From positions 5,620-69,619 of the forward strand of contig JACRNJ010000051.1 of assembly GCA_016219285.1 (NCBI GenBank): a stretch of 64,000 nucleotides of DNA, read 5' to 3'. Both the position numbers and the translations under genes were made by a program. Of the stretch, positions 49,029 through 59,382 are shown one piece after another. Within the stretch, counting starts at the first letter, position 1. The number at the start of each line of letters is the position of its first letter. Under the pieces are notes generated by a model. That model did no database searches. It saw nothing but the letters and a program-made list of their open reading frames with translations, and was not told where the DNA came from. The DNA comes from Deltaproteobacteria bacterium. Lineage in GTDB: Bacteria; Desulfobacterota; GWC2-55-46; UBA9637.

Positions 49029-50189
49029 TTGGAGTTGCATGATGTATTAAGCATTGCAGTTAAGGAAAAGGCATCCGATGTGCACCTCAAGGCAGGTCTG
49101 CCGCCTATATTGAGGGTATACGGAAATCTTACTCCTGTAAGAAACCATGAAAGATTCACTCCTGATGACATAGCCAAAATAGCCATGAGGCTTATGAATG
49201 ACCAGCAGAAGGAAATCTTCAAAACCATGCACCATATAGACATGGCATACAACGTGCCTGGTCTCGGAAGATTCAGGGTAAATATATTCCTTCAGAGAGG
49301 CGCTACAGGCATGGTCTTCAGGGTTATTCCTATGGTTATCAGCTCTATTTCAGACCTCAATCTGCCTAAGGTATTAGAAAAGATTTCAAGCGAATCAAGG
49401 GGGTTAATCCTCGTAACCGGCGTAACAGGCAGCGGCAAATCCACCACCATTGCATCTATGATAGACCACATAAACAACCACTCCACATATAATGTAATAA
49501 CAATTGAGGACCCTATTGAATTTCTGCACAGGGACAAAAAGTGCATAATCAATCAAAGGGAAATCGGGATTGACGCCAGAAATTTTTCCGAGGCGCTGCG
49601 GAGCGCTCTCAGGCAGGACCCTGACATTATTATGGTAGGAGAGATGCGGGATATGGAAACCGTAGAGATAGCGCTTTTAGCTGCCGAGACAGGCCACCTG
49701 GTCTTTTCAACACTGCATACAATAGATGCAATGGAGACCATAAACCGCATAGTAGCTGTATTCCCGCCGTATCAGCAGAAACAGATAAGGATACAGCTAG
49801 CAGGCGTAATAAAGGCGATAATTTCACAGAGGCTTCTTCCCACAAAGGATGGGAAAAACAGGGTGCCGGCTGCGGAGATAATGGTATCCACGGCCAGAAT
49901 AAGGGAGTGCATAGAAGATAAAGAAAAGACAAAGGTCATATTGGATGCAATTGTCAAAGGCCACACAACATATGGAATGCAGACATTTGACCAATCGATA
50001 ATGGAGCTCCTCAACAAGGGGCTTATCTCTTATGAGGAGGCAATATCGCAGGCAAGCAATGCTGATGACTTTGCTCTCAGGGTTAATGGCGTAACTGCAA
50101 CAACTGATCAAGGATGGAAAGAGTTTGATGTGGCCAAAGAGACTCAAAAGAAAAAACAAGAGCCAAAGATAGATATAGAAAGGTTTTGA
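49029..50189 (+). CDS. pilT: PilT/PilU family type IV pilus ATPase
   Basis: ASDVHL, TGVTGSGKST, TIEDPIE, LRQDPD, AAETGHLVFSTLHT, GMQTFDQ. Confidence 0.88.
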   Translation: MELHDVLSIAVKEKASDVHLKAGLPPILRVYGNLTPVRNHERFTPDDIAKIAMRLMNDQQKEIFKTMHHIDMAYNVPGLGRFRVNIFLQRGATGMVFRVIPMVISSISDLNLPKVLEKISSESRGLILVTGVTGSGKSTTIASMIDHINNHSTYNVITIEDPIEFLHRDKKCIINQREIGIDARNFSEALRSALRQDPDIIMVGEMRDMETVEIALLAAETGHLVFSTLHTIDAMETINRIVAVFPPYQQKQIRIQLAGVIKAIISQRLLPTKDGKNRVPAAEIMVSTARIRECIEDKEKTKVILDAIVKGHTTYGMQTFDQSIMELLNKGLISYEEAISQASNADDFALRVNGVTATTDQGWKEFDVAKETQKKKQEPKIDIERF

Positions 50190-50194
50190 AAAAT

Positions 50195-50260
50195 ATTTAC
50201 GATTTTAGATTTACGATTTTAGATTTTTAAATCCTAATTCGTAGTTCGTAGTTCGTAAAT
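50195..50260. repeat. Inverted heptamer-array hairpin
   Basis: atttacgattttagatttacgattttagattt / aaatcctaattcgtagttcgtagttcgtaaat. Confidence 0.8.
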
Positions 50261-50265
50261 GAAAA

Positions 50266-50760
50266 ATGCCAAAGTATCCAGAAAAAGAAACCCCTTATGC
50301 CAAAACCATCGCCCTGAAATACCTATCCCGTGCGCCAAAGAGCACAAGGGATGTTGAGCTAAAACTAAAGGAAAAGGGTTTTGCTGAAGATGTAATTAAA
50401 GAAACAGCAGGCTATCTCACAGATTACGGTTACCTCAATGACAGGATGTTTGCAAAAAACTGGGCTGCCTCAAGAATAAAACTGCGCCATTGGGGGGAAA
50501 ACAGAATCACGCACGGCCTCAGACAAAATGGTGTATCAGAAGAAATAATTAAGCAGGTTGTTGATATCGCAGCGGCAGATGAATTGGATACGGCAAAGAT
50601 TGCGCTTGAAAAATGGCTTAAAAACAAGAGACAAGAAAAACTAAAAGAAAAACTAAAACAAAAGGCATTCAGGCATCTTCAGACAAAGGGATTCCCTTTA
50701 TCAATAATTATCTCTGTTACGAAAAAATATTTGGGAGATTTAGAAGTATCTGAACTGTAA
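50266..50760 (+). CDS. recX: Regulatory protein RecX
   Basis: ALKYLS, LKEKGF, GYLNDRMFA, LRQNGV, LQTKGF. Confidence 0.9.
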   Translation: MPKYPEKETPYAKTIALKYLSRAPKSTRDVELKLKEKGFAEDVIKETAGYLTDYGYLNDRMFAKNWAASRIKLRHWGENRITHGLRQNGVSEEIIKQVVDIAAADELDTAKIALEKWLKNKRQEKLKEKLKQKAFRHLQTKGFPLSIIISVTKKYLGDLEVSEL

Positions 50761-50826
50761 ATTAAAGATTGTAAATTTGCAATTTGACATTTATAATTTG
50801 TATTTTACAATGGAGCAAAGCAACTA

Positions 50827-53460
50827 ATGAAGACCAATGAGATAAGAAAGACATTCCTTGAATATTTCAGAAAAAACGGACACGCAATCGTCCCTTCATC
50901 TCCGCTTGTGCCGAAAGGAGACCCTACTTTATTGTTTACCAACGCAGGCATGGTTCAATTCAAGGGGGTCTTCCTCGGTGAGGAAAAAAGGGATTATAAA
51001 AGGGCGGTCACAGCCCAAAAGTGCATGAGGGCAGGCGGCAAGCATAATGATCTTGAAAATGTCGGCAGGACAGCGAGGCACCACACATTTTTTGAGATGC
51101 TCGGCAATTTTTCATTTGGAGACTATTTTAAAGAAGATGCAATAAAATTTGCATGGGATTTTATGACAATGGAGATGGGACTTGACCAAAAGAGGCTGTG
51201 GGTCACTGTATTTGAAGATGACGCAGATGCTGCAGATATATGGAAAAACAGCACAGGCATACCAGGAGAACGCATTGTTCTTATGGGAGAAAAAGATAAT
51301 TTCTGGACAATGGGAGATGTTGGACCATGTGGACCATGCTCGGAGATTATAATAGACCAAGGAAAAGATGTGGGCTGCGGCAGACCGGAGTGCGCCATTG
51401 GATGCGCTTGTGACAGGTTTCTTGAACTCTGGAATCTTGTATTCATGCAGTACAATAGAGATTTAAAAGGGAGGCTTACACAATTGCCGAAGCCAAGCAT
51501 TGACACAGGCATGGGCCTTGAACGACTGAGTTCTGTGATGCAGGGCAAAAAAAGTAATTACGATGGCGATATCTTTATGCCAATTATTAATTTCATAGAA
51601 GATGAGTCAGGGAAAAATTATGGAGAAACTGAGATAAATGACGTATCAATCAGGGCTATTGCAGACCACAGCCGCGCGGTTACATTCCTTATTGCAGACG
51701 GCATACTGCCGAGTAATGAAGGCCGCGGTTATGTTCTGAGAAGGATTTTAAGAAGGGCATCCAGACATGGAAAACTCCTCGGCATAAATGAGCCGTTTCT
51801 ATATAAGGTATGCGGCAAGGTAATAGAAGTGATGGGAGAGGCATATGCTGAAATAATAACAGCCAGAAATTCCATTGTAAAAGCGATAGAAGGCGAAGAA
51901 TCGCGGTTTCTTGAGACACTTGAGCGAGGATTAAACATATTGGGTGAGGCGGTGAAGGCATTAAAACGAAAAAGAGCGAAAATAATCCCTGGCGATATCG
52001 CTTTTAAACTTTACGACACTTACGGTTTTCCTATAGACCTGACAGCCGACATAGTCAAGGCGGAAAGTTTTTCCATAGATGAAGAAGGTTTCAATGCATC
52101 TATGGAAGAACAAAGGCTTAAGGCAAGAGGGGCATGGAAAGGCTCGGGGGAAATCAAGACCCAGGACCTTTATAAAAAAATCTTAACCGATGGCATAAAA
52201 ACAATTTTTACAGGATACCATGCAGATGCCGCATCATCAAATGTTACCTGTCTTATAAAAGATGGAATAATTAGCGGCGCTGCCCATCAAGGGGATAGTA
52301 TAGAGGTTATAACGGAAGAAACACCATTTTATGGTGAATCGGGCGGTCAGGTGGGCGATATAGGCGCTATTGTGGGAGAAGGCTTTGAAATGGCTGTACT
52401 GGATACAAAAAAACCTTTGCCAGATTTAATTGTCCATCACTGTACAGTAAAAAAAGGCAGTCTTATAACAGGCGCTGCTGTTAAGCTAATCCCTGATTTA
52501 AATACAAGAAAGGCAACAAGTCGTCATCACACAGCAACCCATCTCATCCATACAGCTCTTAGGAATATACTTGGCAAACATGTGCGTCAATCCGGCTCGC
52601 TGGTAGGTCCAACACGAATTAGATTCGATTACAGCCACTTCTCTCCTTTGTCTGAAAAAGAAATTGCTAAAATAGAATATATGGTAAATGAAAAAATAAT
52701 GGAAAACCTCGATGTATCAACAGAAACCCTATGTTACAAGGACGCCATAACAAAAGGGGCGTTGGCATTTTTTGATGAGAAATACGGAGACATGGTAAGG
52801 ATGATAGCCGTAAATGGATTCAGCAAGGAATTATGCGGCGGTATTCATGTTAAGAGAACCGGCGATATCGGCGTAGTCAAGATTACAGGCGACTATTCTG
52901 TTGCGGCAGGTATCCGAAGGATAGAAGCAGCAGCAGGTGTTGCAGCCCTAAAAACTATAACGGAACAAGAAAATATAATGAAAGAGGCAGTGTCCATATT
53001 AAAAACCTCAACAAAGGAACTGCCTGATAAGATAAATAAACTCATCCAGCATCAAAAGACGCTTGAAAAAGAGATAGCATCTCTCGAGGCAAAACTCAAG
53101 AGCGGCGATGCGGATGCCGTGCTTGAACAATTACGAGTAGTCAAAGACATTCAAGTGATTGCATCGGAAGTGGAGGCCAGTGGGCCTGATGATTTACGGC
53201 AGATGGCCGATACGTTGAGGATGAAAATAAAATCAGGCATTGTGGTTCTGGGGAGCAAGACAAACGGTAAGGCATTGATACTTGCCGCAATAACCAAAGA
53301 TTTGTCAAACAGATTTAATGCCGGCAGCATCATTAAAGAACTTGCGCCAGTGATAGGCGGGAAAGGCGGCGGAAAAGCGGACATGGCGCAGGCAGGCGGA
53401 GATAATCCCGCAGGATTAAAAAAGGCGATGGAAAAGGTATACCACATCATTGATACGTAA
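50827..53460 (+). CDS. alaS: Alanine--tRNA ligase
   Basis: FTNAGMVQFK, HHTFFEMLGNFSFGDYFK, HTATHL, ELCGG, GGKGGG. Confidence 0.99.
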   Translation: MKTNEIRKTFLEYFRKNGHAIVPSSPLVPKGDPTLLFTNAGMVQFKGVFLGEEKRDYKRAVTAQKCMRAGGKHNDLENVGRTARHHTFFEMLGNFSFGDYFKEDAIKFAWDFMTMEMGLDQKRLWVTVFEDDADAADIWKNSTGIPGERIVLMGEKDNFWTMGDVGPCGPCSEIIIDQGKDVGCGRPECAIGCACDRFLELWNLVFMQYNRDLKGRLTQLPKPSIDTGMGLERLSSVMQGKKSNYDGDIFMPIINFIEDESGKNYGETEINDVSIRAIADHSRAVTFLIADGILPSNEGRGYVLRRILRRASRHGKLLGINEPFLYKVCGKVIEVMGEAYAEIITARNSIVKAIEGEESRFLETLERGLNILGEAVKALKRKRAKIIPGDIAFKLYDTYGFPIDLTADIVKAESFSIDEEGFNASMEEQRLKARGAWKGSGEIKTQDLYKKILTDGIKTIFTGYHADAASSNVTCLIKDGIISGAAHQGDSIEVITEETPFYGESGGQVGDIGAIVGEGFEMAVLDTKKPLPDLIVHHCTVKKGSLITGAAVKLIPDLNTRKATSRHHTATHLIHTALRNILGKHVRQSGSLVGPTRIRFDYSHFSPLSEKEIAKIEYMVNEKIMENLDVSTETLCYKDAITKGALAFFDEKYGDMVRMIAVNGFSKELCGGIHVKRTGDIGVVKITGDYSVAAGIRRIEAAAGVAALKTITEQENIMKEAVSILKTSTKELPDKINKLIQHQKTLEKEIASLEAKLKSGDADAVLEQLRVVKDIQVIASEVEASGPDDLRQMADTLRMKIKSGIVVLGSKTNGKALILAAITKDLSNRFNAGSIIKELAPVIGGKGGGKADMAQAGGDNPAGLKKAMEKVYHIIDT

Positions 53461-53624
53461 TTTGTCCATCCCCAATTGAAACACTTGGGGACAAGTTTAT
53501 GGACGTATTTAAAACGCCGATTCACCCCGTTAGAAGTTCATTTTAAGGAAGTTAACAATGTTACTAAAGTTTCATCAAAATCTTCAATTGAAAAACTTCT
53601 AACGGGGTGAATCGGCAACTACTA
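53457..53624. repeat. REP pair with nested 27-bp element (53469-53495) and nested MITE (53521-53611)
   Basis: gtcca[27 bp]tttatggac ... gccga[ttcaccccgttagaagtt..aacttctaacggggtgaa]tcggcaactac; perfect 18-bp terminal inverted repeats. Confidence 0.85.
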
Positions 53625-53650
53625 AATTAAAGGGGGAGGAGGTAACTATT

Positions 53651-53971
53651 ATGGCAACTGACATCTTTAGAAGGGCGGCGCTTATGGGTATAGGAATAAT
53701 GAGCCTGACAGAAGAAAAGGTTAAAGAACTGGTAAAAGAACTGGAATCAAAAGGAGAGGTAACTGAAAAAGAAGGCAAGGAATTATTAAAAGACCTTATA
53801 GCAAAGGCAGACAAAGAAAAAAAAACGATAGAAGAAAATATTAAAAAAGGGATTAAAGATTATCTCGCAAAGGTCAACATCGCCAGCAGAGAAGATATGA
53901 TAAAACTTGAAAAAAGGGTCAATGGCCTTGAGGAAAAGGTAAGAGAATTGATAAAGACAGTGGAGGCATAA
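53651..53971 (+). CDS. Phasin-like / PHA granule-associated family protein
   Basis: ALMGIG...LTEEKV...KGEV...ASREDM..LEKRV..LE. Confidence 0.7.
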   Translation: MATDIFRRAALMGIGIMSLTEEKVKELVKELESKGEVTEKEGKELLKDLIAKADKEKKTIEENIKKGIKDYLAKVNIASREDMIKLEKRVNGLEEKVRELIKTVEA

Positions 53972-54170
53972 AGAACAGATGTGGCCTTCCTGTATTATGT
54001 CTTCGATACTTGGTGCAATAACCACGACTGCCTATTATACATGCCATATAGAACCCTCCCTGTGCTGTCTTTTTAGCTTCCATTAGGATTTTTGCAACAG
54101 ACTCTTTGAAAGGAGTTTTTCGGCAGCTTGCTAAACGCACATCATTCGAATTTTGCTCTGCAAAATTTAT

Positions 54171-54247
54171 TGGGGTGGACGAGGGGATTTGAACCCCCGA
54201 CCCTCGGAGCCACAGTCCGATGCTCTAACCGCTGAGCTACGCCCACC
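54171..54247 (-). tRNA. tRNA-His(GTG)
   Basis: tcgga-CTGTGGC-tccga anticodon arm; G-1; CCA. Confidence 0.95.
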
Positions 54248-54324
54248 ATTGAACTAAAATCCTAAAAATAGACATTGCTTCTTTTCACTAACTACTCACC
54301 ACTGAGCGCTATTCACTGCCTTTT

Positions 54325-54401
<77 letters not shown>

Positions 54402-54425
54402 AATGGGTATATTTATCACTAATCT

Positions 54426-54502
<77 letters not shown>

Positions 54503-54859
54503 TAAAGTCCAGTATATCTTGAGACCTTTGAATTTTCCATAATTCAGGCTATTGTTTCTATATGTTGTCCTATTTTTTCAGAATCAGCTTTGATTGCTCG
54601 TTGCAGAGGGCATTTTAATGTATTTGTCTCTAATTTGCAAGATATTTCAATGAGTTTAAATGAGTTGTCTTTGAAAATCTCTCTTTTCCCTCTGCTTCCA
54701 GAATCTATATTCATCCCTTTCTGACGTCCCTCTCCTGCTCGTATCGCCTTTTCCATCTAAAGAGATGCAGAAATATTAGTCTTGCAAAGGTCTCCTTTTG
54801 TTAGAAATAAATCTATAAATATATTGATTCTAATTAAGAGTAAGTTGTCAGCGCTATTA

Positions 54860-55732
54860 TCATAATACGCATATTTTCTTTATAAGACATGCTTCGCATT
54901 TTTTTAAATCTTTTCGCTTAGGACAATGCTCTAATATTCCGAGCCTGCAGAGGGCAAAGTCATATTTTATAGGATCTTCCGGGTCAAGCATTTTCAGGTT
55001 TGCCGTAATCTCCTCTGCCATTTTCCAGTCAGGACTTTTTCTTTTGGTAAGGCCAATGTTCTTGGATATCCGCGCAATATGCGTATCAAGGGGGATTACT
55101 AGTTTGCATGGCTGTATATCCTTCCAAAGACCAAAATCAAGACTATCCCCGTTTCGCACCATCCATCTCAGATAAAGGTTCAGCCTTTTACAAGGGCTCC
55201 CGTCTTTTGGAGATGGAAAGAAAAATCTTACCCCTGCATTTACTGGAAGTTTTTTTTTGTCCGCCCTTGCAATATTAGAATAGATAGCAGATGAGTCAAG
55301 CGATAAAACCCTTTCAGAAAAATTTACAAGCGCATTTTTTATATTTGCATCTCCTGAATTATAACCCTTAAGAAAGAATGCTCCGATAGACCCATTCTTT
55401 TCAATCATCTGCTTTGCAAAATAAACAAGACAGGCGATATCTCTTCCACTATTAAACCTATGGATAAAACCGTCAAATATCTTTGCATCTTTTTCAGGGT
55501 TGAAATTAATAACAAATTTATATGGCTGATTATCCATCCGCTTCAGCACACTTCTTATGCTTACAAGAATCCTATTAACCTGGCCGTATGCAAGTGAAGA
55601 TGCGATAAGGCCTATCACCTCCCTATCTTTTGGCTCTTTAAATTGATGAACAACTTCAAGAGGGTCAGGTGAAAGAAATTTCAGGTCAAAGGTAAGATAG
55701 AGTTTATTAAGGTATGTTTTCAGATTTTTCAT
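54860..55732 (-). CDS. TIGR02757 / DUF2400 family protein
   Basis: PDPL, SPCKRLNLYLRWMVR, IPLDTH, DPIKYDFAL, C-terminal Cys cluster. Confidence 0.88.
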   Translation of the reverse strand: MKNLKTYLNKLYLTFDLKFLSPDPLEVVHQFKEPKDREVIGLIASSLAYGQVNRILVSIRSVLKRMDNQPYKFVINFNPEKDAKIFDGFIHRFNSGRDIACLVYFAKQMIEKNGSIGAFFLKGYNSGDANIKNALVNFSERVLSLDSSAIYSNIARADKKKLPVNAGVRFFFPSPKDGSPCKRLNLYLRWMVRNGDSLDFGLWKDIQPCKLVIPLDTHIARISKNIGLTKRKSPDWKMAEEITANLKMLDPEDPIKYDFALCRLGILEHCPKRKDLKKCEACLIKKICVL

Positions 55733-55866
55733 GCAGTCTCACATTATGAGACTTTGTAGTTTATTTTATACTGGCAGCCCCTATAATTCCTCACTCTGAA
55801 AATTTTGCTTACCTCATTGATACGGCCGGCTTTGCTTTCATCTTCGTTTGGCAAGTTGCAAAGGTC

Positions 55867-56592
55867 TCATAAAAACTTAACCAGCACTGTTGTTATATTA
55901 TCATCTCCGCCGTTAAAATTTGCAAGAGCTATAAGCTCTTCGCAGGCGCTGTCAAGATTGTCGCCGCATCTCTTGGCAATATCAAGCATATCATTATCTT
56001 CTACCAGCGATGAAAGGCCGTCAGAGCAAATGAGTATCAAATCGTTTTTTATTGCCTCCTCATCCCGTGTGTCTATCTCAATGGTTTGTGTTGTTCCAAT
56101 GGCTCTTGTAATAACATTTTTATATTTTGATGTTTTTGCTTCTTCCTTTGTTATAAGCCCCATAGAAAGTTGCATACCTACCATGGAATGGTCTGTGGAA
56201 AGCTGTTCGATGCTGTTATTTCTTATCCTGTAAATCCTGCTGTCGCCTACATTTGCTGTTGCAAAGCCGCCGTTATAAATTAGTATGCCGGTAATGGTTG
56301 TGCCCATGCCTTTCATACCCTGCCCTTTTTCCGCCATCTCAAATACGGCCTTATTGGCAAGATGTATCGCCCTTGCAAAAACCTCCGAATTTGGCGGTCC
56401 TTTCCTTAGCCAGTCAGAAAGACTCAGCTTTACCACTTCAACCGCTGTCTGGCTTGCGATTTCGCCTGCTGCATGGCCGCCCATGCCGTCTGCCACAAGG
56501 AAAAGCCCAATATCCCCTGCTGCACAAAAGCTGTCCTCGTTAAGCTTCCGTTTTTTACCAACATCTGTTTTTGATGAAAATTGTATGTTCAT
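55867..56592 (-). CDS. PP2C-family Ser/Thr phosphatase (Stp1-like)
   Basis: NEDS, VADGMGGH, GMGTT, NVGDSR, CSDGL, GGDDNIT. Confidence 0.94.
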   Translation of the reverse strand: MNIQFSSKTDVGKKRKLNEDSFCAAGDIGLFLVADGMGGHAAGEIASQTAVEVVKLSLSDWLRKGPPNSEVFARAIHLANKAVFEMAEKGQGMKGMGTTITGILIYNGGFATANVGDSRIYRIRNNSIEQLSTDHSMVGMQLSMGLITKEEAKTSKYKNVITRAIGTTQTIEIDTRDEEAIKNDLILICSDGLSSLVEDNDMLDIAKRCGDNLDSACEELIALANFNGGDDNITTVLVKFL

Positions 56593-56799
56593 ACAATTAG
56601 GCTTAAGGCGCAGGAAGGGTGCTGCCAGGGATTGCATCCTTCGCAGCCGCATCTGAATCTGTCTATTTTTATACTATAGGGTGCGTGGTTTTGCAATAGC
56701 TTTATGATGGAAGGTGAGAGAAATGAGACAGATTGATTTTAAACTGCAAGGTTGGCCAAAGCCAGCCACAAAAAAATTCTATCAAGGGATTTCATTTGT

Positions 56800-58341
56800 T
56801 TACCCACCGAACCTCTTATTATGAAACCCCACATAATTCAGCATCAAACCTGCTGCAAGGTAGCCTCCAAAAAGGGTTGCCGGTACTGATGAGCTTATCT
56901 GCCATGGAAGGAAGAGGCCGCCGTTTTCCAACGGCGAATGGATGATGCCGAACAAAGATAAAATTGCTGCGGCAAAGAAATAGAACGCAGCGGTGTGAAG
57001 TTTGTGGTCTATAATATAGGCAATTGCGGCTCCCCAGAGCATGGAGGAAACAATAAAGCCGTTGGCCAGAACAATGATACTGTGGTATGTTTCTGCGAAT
57101 CCGCCGGTGAGATCAACGGCGCTTTTCCCTACATTCCCAAGAAGCGAGCCAATCTCTATCAAAAGCAAATCAGCAATCACAGGCACAAACGCAAACGCAA
57201 TCGCCTTTGCATGTTTTTTCGGTGTTGCCTCAAATGCCTGGGCAGTTATCTCCATGCCTATAAAGATGAGTATTGGCGCAACTGCGGCCTTTGGAAGGAG
57301 ATTTACAAAAAACGAGAGATAGCCGACAAGGCCGCCGATACCGATGAACAGGGCTGTTGCAAAGGTATAGCCCGCCCTTCCGCCCATGTCTTTGTACGCA
57401 GGGTGTCCAATATACGGCGTTGACTGAGCGACACCTCCGCACATTCCGGCAATAATTGTGGCTATGCCATCAGTTAATATAATATGTTTGGTATTGTATT
57501 CATCGCCTGCAACTGCAGCGCTCTCTGTTACATCCACCGAGCCGACTATAATGGCAAGGGCAAAGGGTATGGCCACAGGCAGGTAGGGGAGCGCATGGGG
57601 AAGCCCCTCAAAAAATCCGAACGTTGGCAAAGGAAATGAGATGGTAAAGTTTGCGGAATCTGAGAGGTGGAGCTTTTCAGCAGGTATCACCCCTGCAAGA
57701 TAGAGTAAATAAAAAATCGCTGTGCCAAAACCCACGGCTGCTAATGCGCCGGGGACTTTAAACGGGAACCGCACCTTGGCAATAAGGGTCATGAGGATAA
57801 TACCGAATGAGATAAAACCCACAATAGGATTGGCAAATACCTCCAGCGAAGGGAGAAAGGCAATCAGAATAAGCGCTACTGCTGCTATTGAACCAAGAAG
57901 TCCTGCCCTTGGCACATTCTTTCTTATGGACGGCCCTATCCATGCGCCGATGATTTTTATCACGCCCATTGCCACGACCACAGCCATTGCTATCTGCCAT
58001 GAGAGCATCGCATCCTTTGTAGCAAGAAACGCAGGCCCTATAACACCGAATGTGAGGCCGAATGTGGAAGGGGTGTCAAGACCGAGGGGCATTGCCGTCA
58101 CATCATCACGGCCTGTCTTTTTTGCAAGCTTTATAGCCATCCATGTATAAACCATGTCGCCTATAAGGACACCGATGGCAGTGCCGGGAATCATCTTGTA
58201 GAGGACTATATCAGCAGGGAATTGAAATACGCCGATGAGGATTCCGGCCATGATGACCATATCGCTCATATTGTCGCCCATGAGGCCGAAGAAGGCATTT
58301 ATATCGCCGAGGCGGAACCAGTGGTAGACGGGTTTTTGCAC
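56800..58341 (-). CDS. NCS2/AzgA-like nucleobase permease
   Basis: GDINAFFGL, VTAMPLG, PYIGHPAYK.MGGRAGY; many TMs. Confidence 0.75.
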   Translation of the reverse strand: MQKPVYHWFRLGDINAFFGLMGDNMSDMVIMAGILIGVFQFPADIVLYKMIPGTAIGVLIGDMVYTWMAIKLAKKTGRDDVTAMPLGLDTPSTFGLTFGVIGPAFLATKDAMLSWQIAMAVVVAMGVIKIIGAWIGPSIRKNVPRAGLLGSIAAVALILIAFLPSLEVFANPIVGFISFGIILMTLIAKVRFPFKVPGALAAVGFGTAIFYLLYLAGVIPAEKLHLSDSANFTISFPLPTFGFFEGLPHALPYLPVAIPFALAIIVGSVDVTESAAVAGDEYNTKHIILTDGIATIIAGMCGGVAQSTPYIGHPAYKDMGGRAGYTFATALFIGIGGLVGYLSFFVNLLPKAAVAPILIFIGMEITAQAFEATPKKHAKAIAFAFVPVIADLLLIEIGSLLGNVGKSAVDLTGGFAETYHSIIVLANGFIVSSMLWGAAIAYIIDHKLHTAAFYFFAAAILSLFGIIHSPLENGGLFLPWQISSSVPATLFGGYLAAGLMLNYVGFHNKRFGG

Positions 58342-58413
58342 AGAAAGACCTCTAAAAACTTTTGGTTTGTAGAAACCGCATCTTTATAAAGATTGTGCAG
58401 GGTTTCTTTCTCG

Positions 58414-59382
58414 TTACAAGTTTATTATCCAGTCGCAAATTGCAGTCAGTTGTTCGTCATTAGTCAGGTTTGCTGCATTGTTCAGTGCACCGCTTTGAAG
58501 CTGCTTGAAAATTTCGGATGCCATGCTGTTTTCAATTGCCGCGCCGACAAAGAACGTTTGAGGCTTAAGTTTCTCTTTAGCAAAACCAGTTCTGATTCTG
58601 TTCAATGCAGAGTTTGCCGTTTTCCAGTGTTCGTCTGCTCCTGCTGGATCAATGCCGCCTTTTAATTCGCCGAGTGCGATATATCTTCCATTGTCATAAA
58701 TGATGGATTGTTCGCCGCTTTGCAACTCGTCAAGAGTCCCTTGCAAAACGGAAAGATCAACATTCTTTTTTATGACCGGAACGGTGATATTCATAATCAA
58801 AAGTCTGGATCTGCCGCCTTTTGACCAAGAAAAACCTTTGATGCGCTTTTCAATTCCAGTGTCGTCTTTGGGTTTTGCAAGCCAAGAGTTTGTATCGGCA
58901 TCTTTCCATTGATAGTTGATGCCGGAAAGATTGAAAACCGATAATAGCGACCGTAAAAATTTTCTTTCACCTAAAGAGCCTGTTAGGTTTCTTGCCTTGC
59001 CGCCTAAAGCATCTCCCTTCGTCAACAAGTAACGGTAAACAAGTTCATCAATGAAATTTTCTCCCGCAGGTTCAAGGAATTCTTCTATCAGCCCCTTAAT
59101 TGCAAGGGTCTTATCATTCTCGGTCAGGTAGTTCAGAGATTTGTCGGAAAGCCCTGATGCAGTGAGCAGACCTACTCTTAAATCTTTGACTTCTAAAAGT
59201 TCTTTTGGCTTTTTTACTTTGCCGGCTAATGCTTTGAGCGCTTTTGCTTCTTCTATGTAAGGAACTGCTATGTAATTTTTCTCCAAAGCCATTGCAACAA
59301 AACCTGCTCTGGTTCTTTCTCTGGATGTAACCAAATCGTCCGCGCTCTGAATAAGGGAGTTGTTCTTTATCTTTTTTGCCAT
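58414..59382 (-). CDS. Type II restriction endonuclease, AvaI/BsoBI family
   Basis: RYLLTKGDALGG, GELKGGIDPAGADEHWKTA. Confidence 0.85.
   Translation of the reverse strand: MAKKIKNNSLIQSADDLVTSRERTRAGFVAMALEKNYIAVPYIEEAKALKALAGKVKKPKELLEVKDLRVGLLTASGLSDKSLNYLTENDKTLAIKGLIEEFLEPAGENFIDELVYRYLLTKGDALGGKARNLTGSLGERKFLRSLLSVFNLSGINYQWKDADTNSWLAKPKDDTGIEKRIKGFSWSKGGRSRLLIMNITVPVIKKNVDLSVLQGTLDELQSGEQSIIYDNGRYIALGELKGGIDPAGADEHWKTANSALNRIRTGFAKEKLKPQTFFVGAAIENSMASEIFKQLQSGALNNAANLTNDEQLTAICDWIINL

Noticed and set aside
54544-54756. 70-aa ORF upstream of the tRNA cluster
   Set aside because: No recognisable motif; it may be a remnant but cannot be supported.
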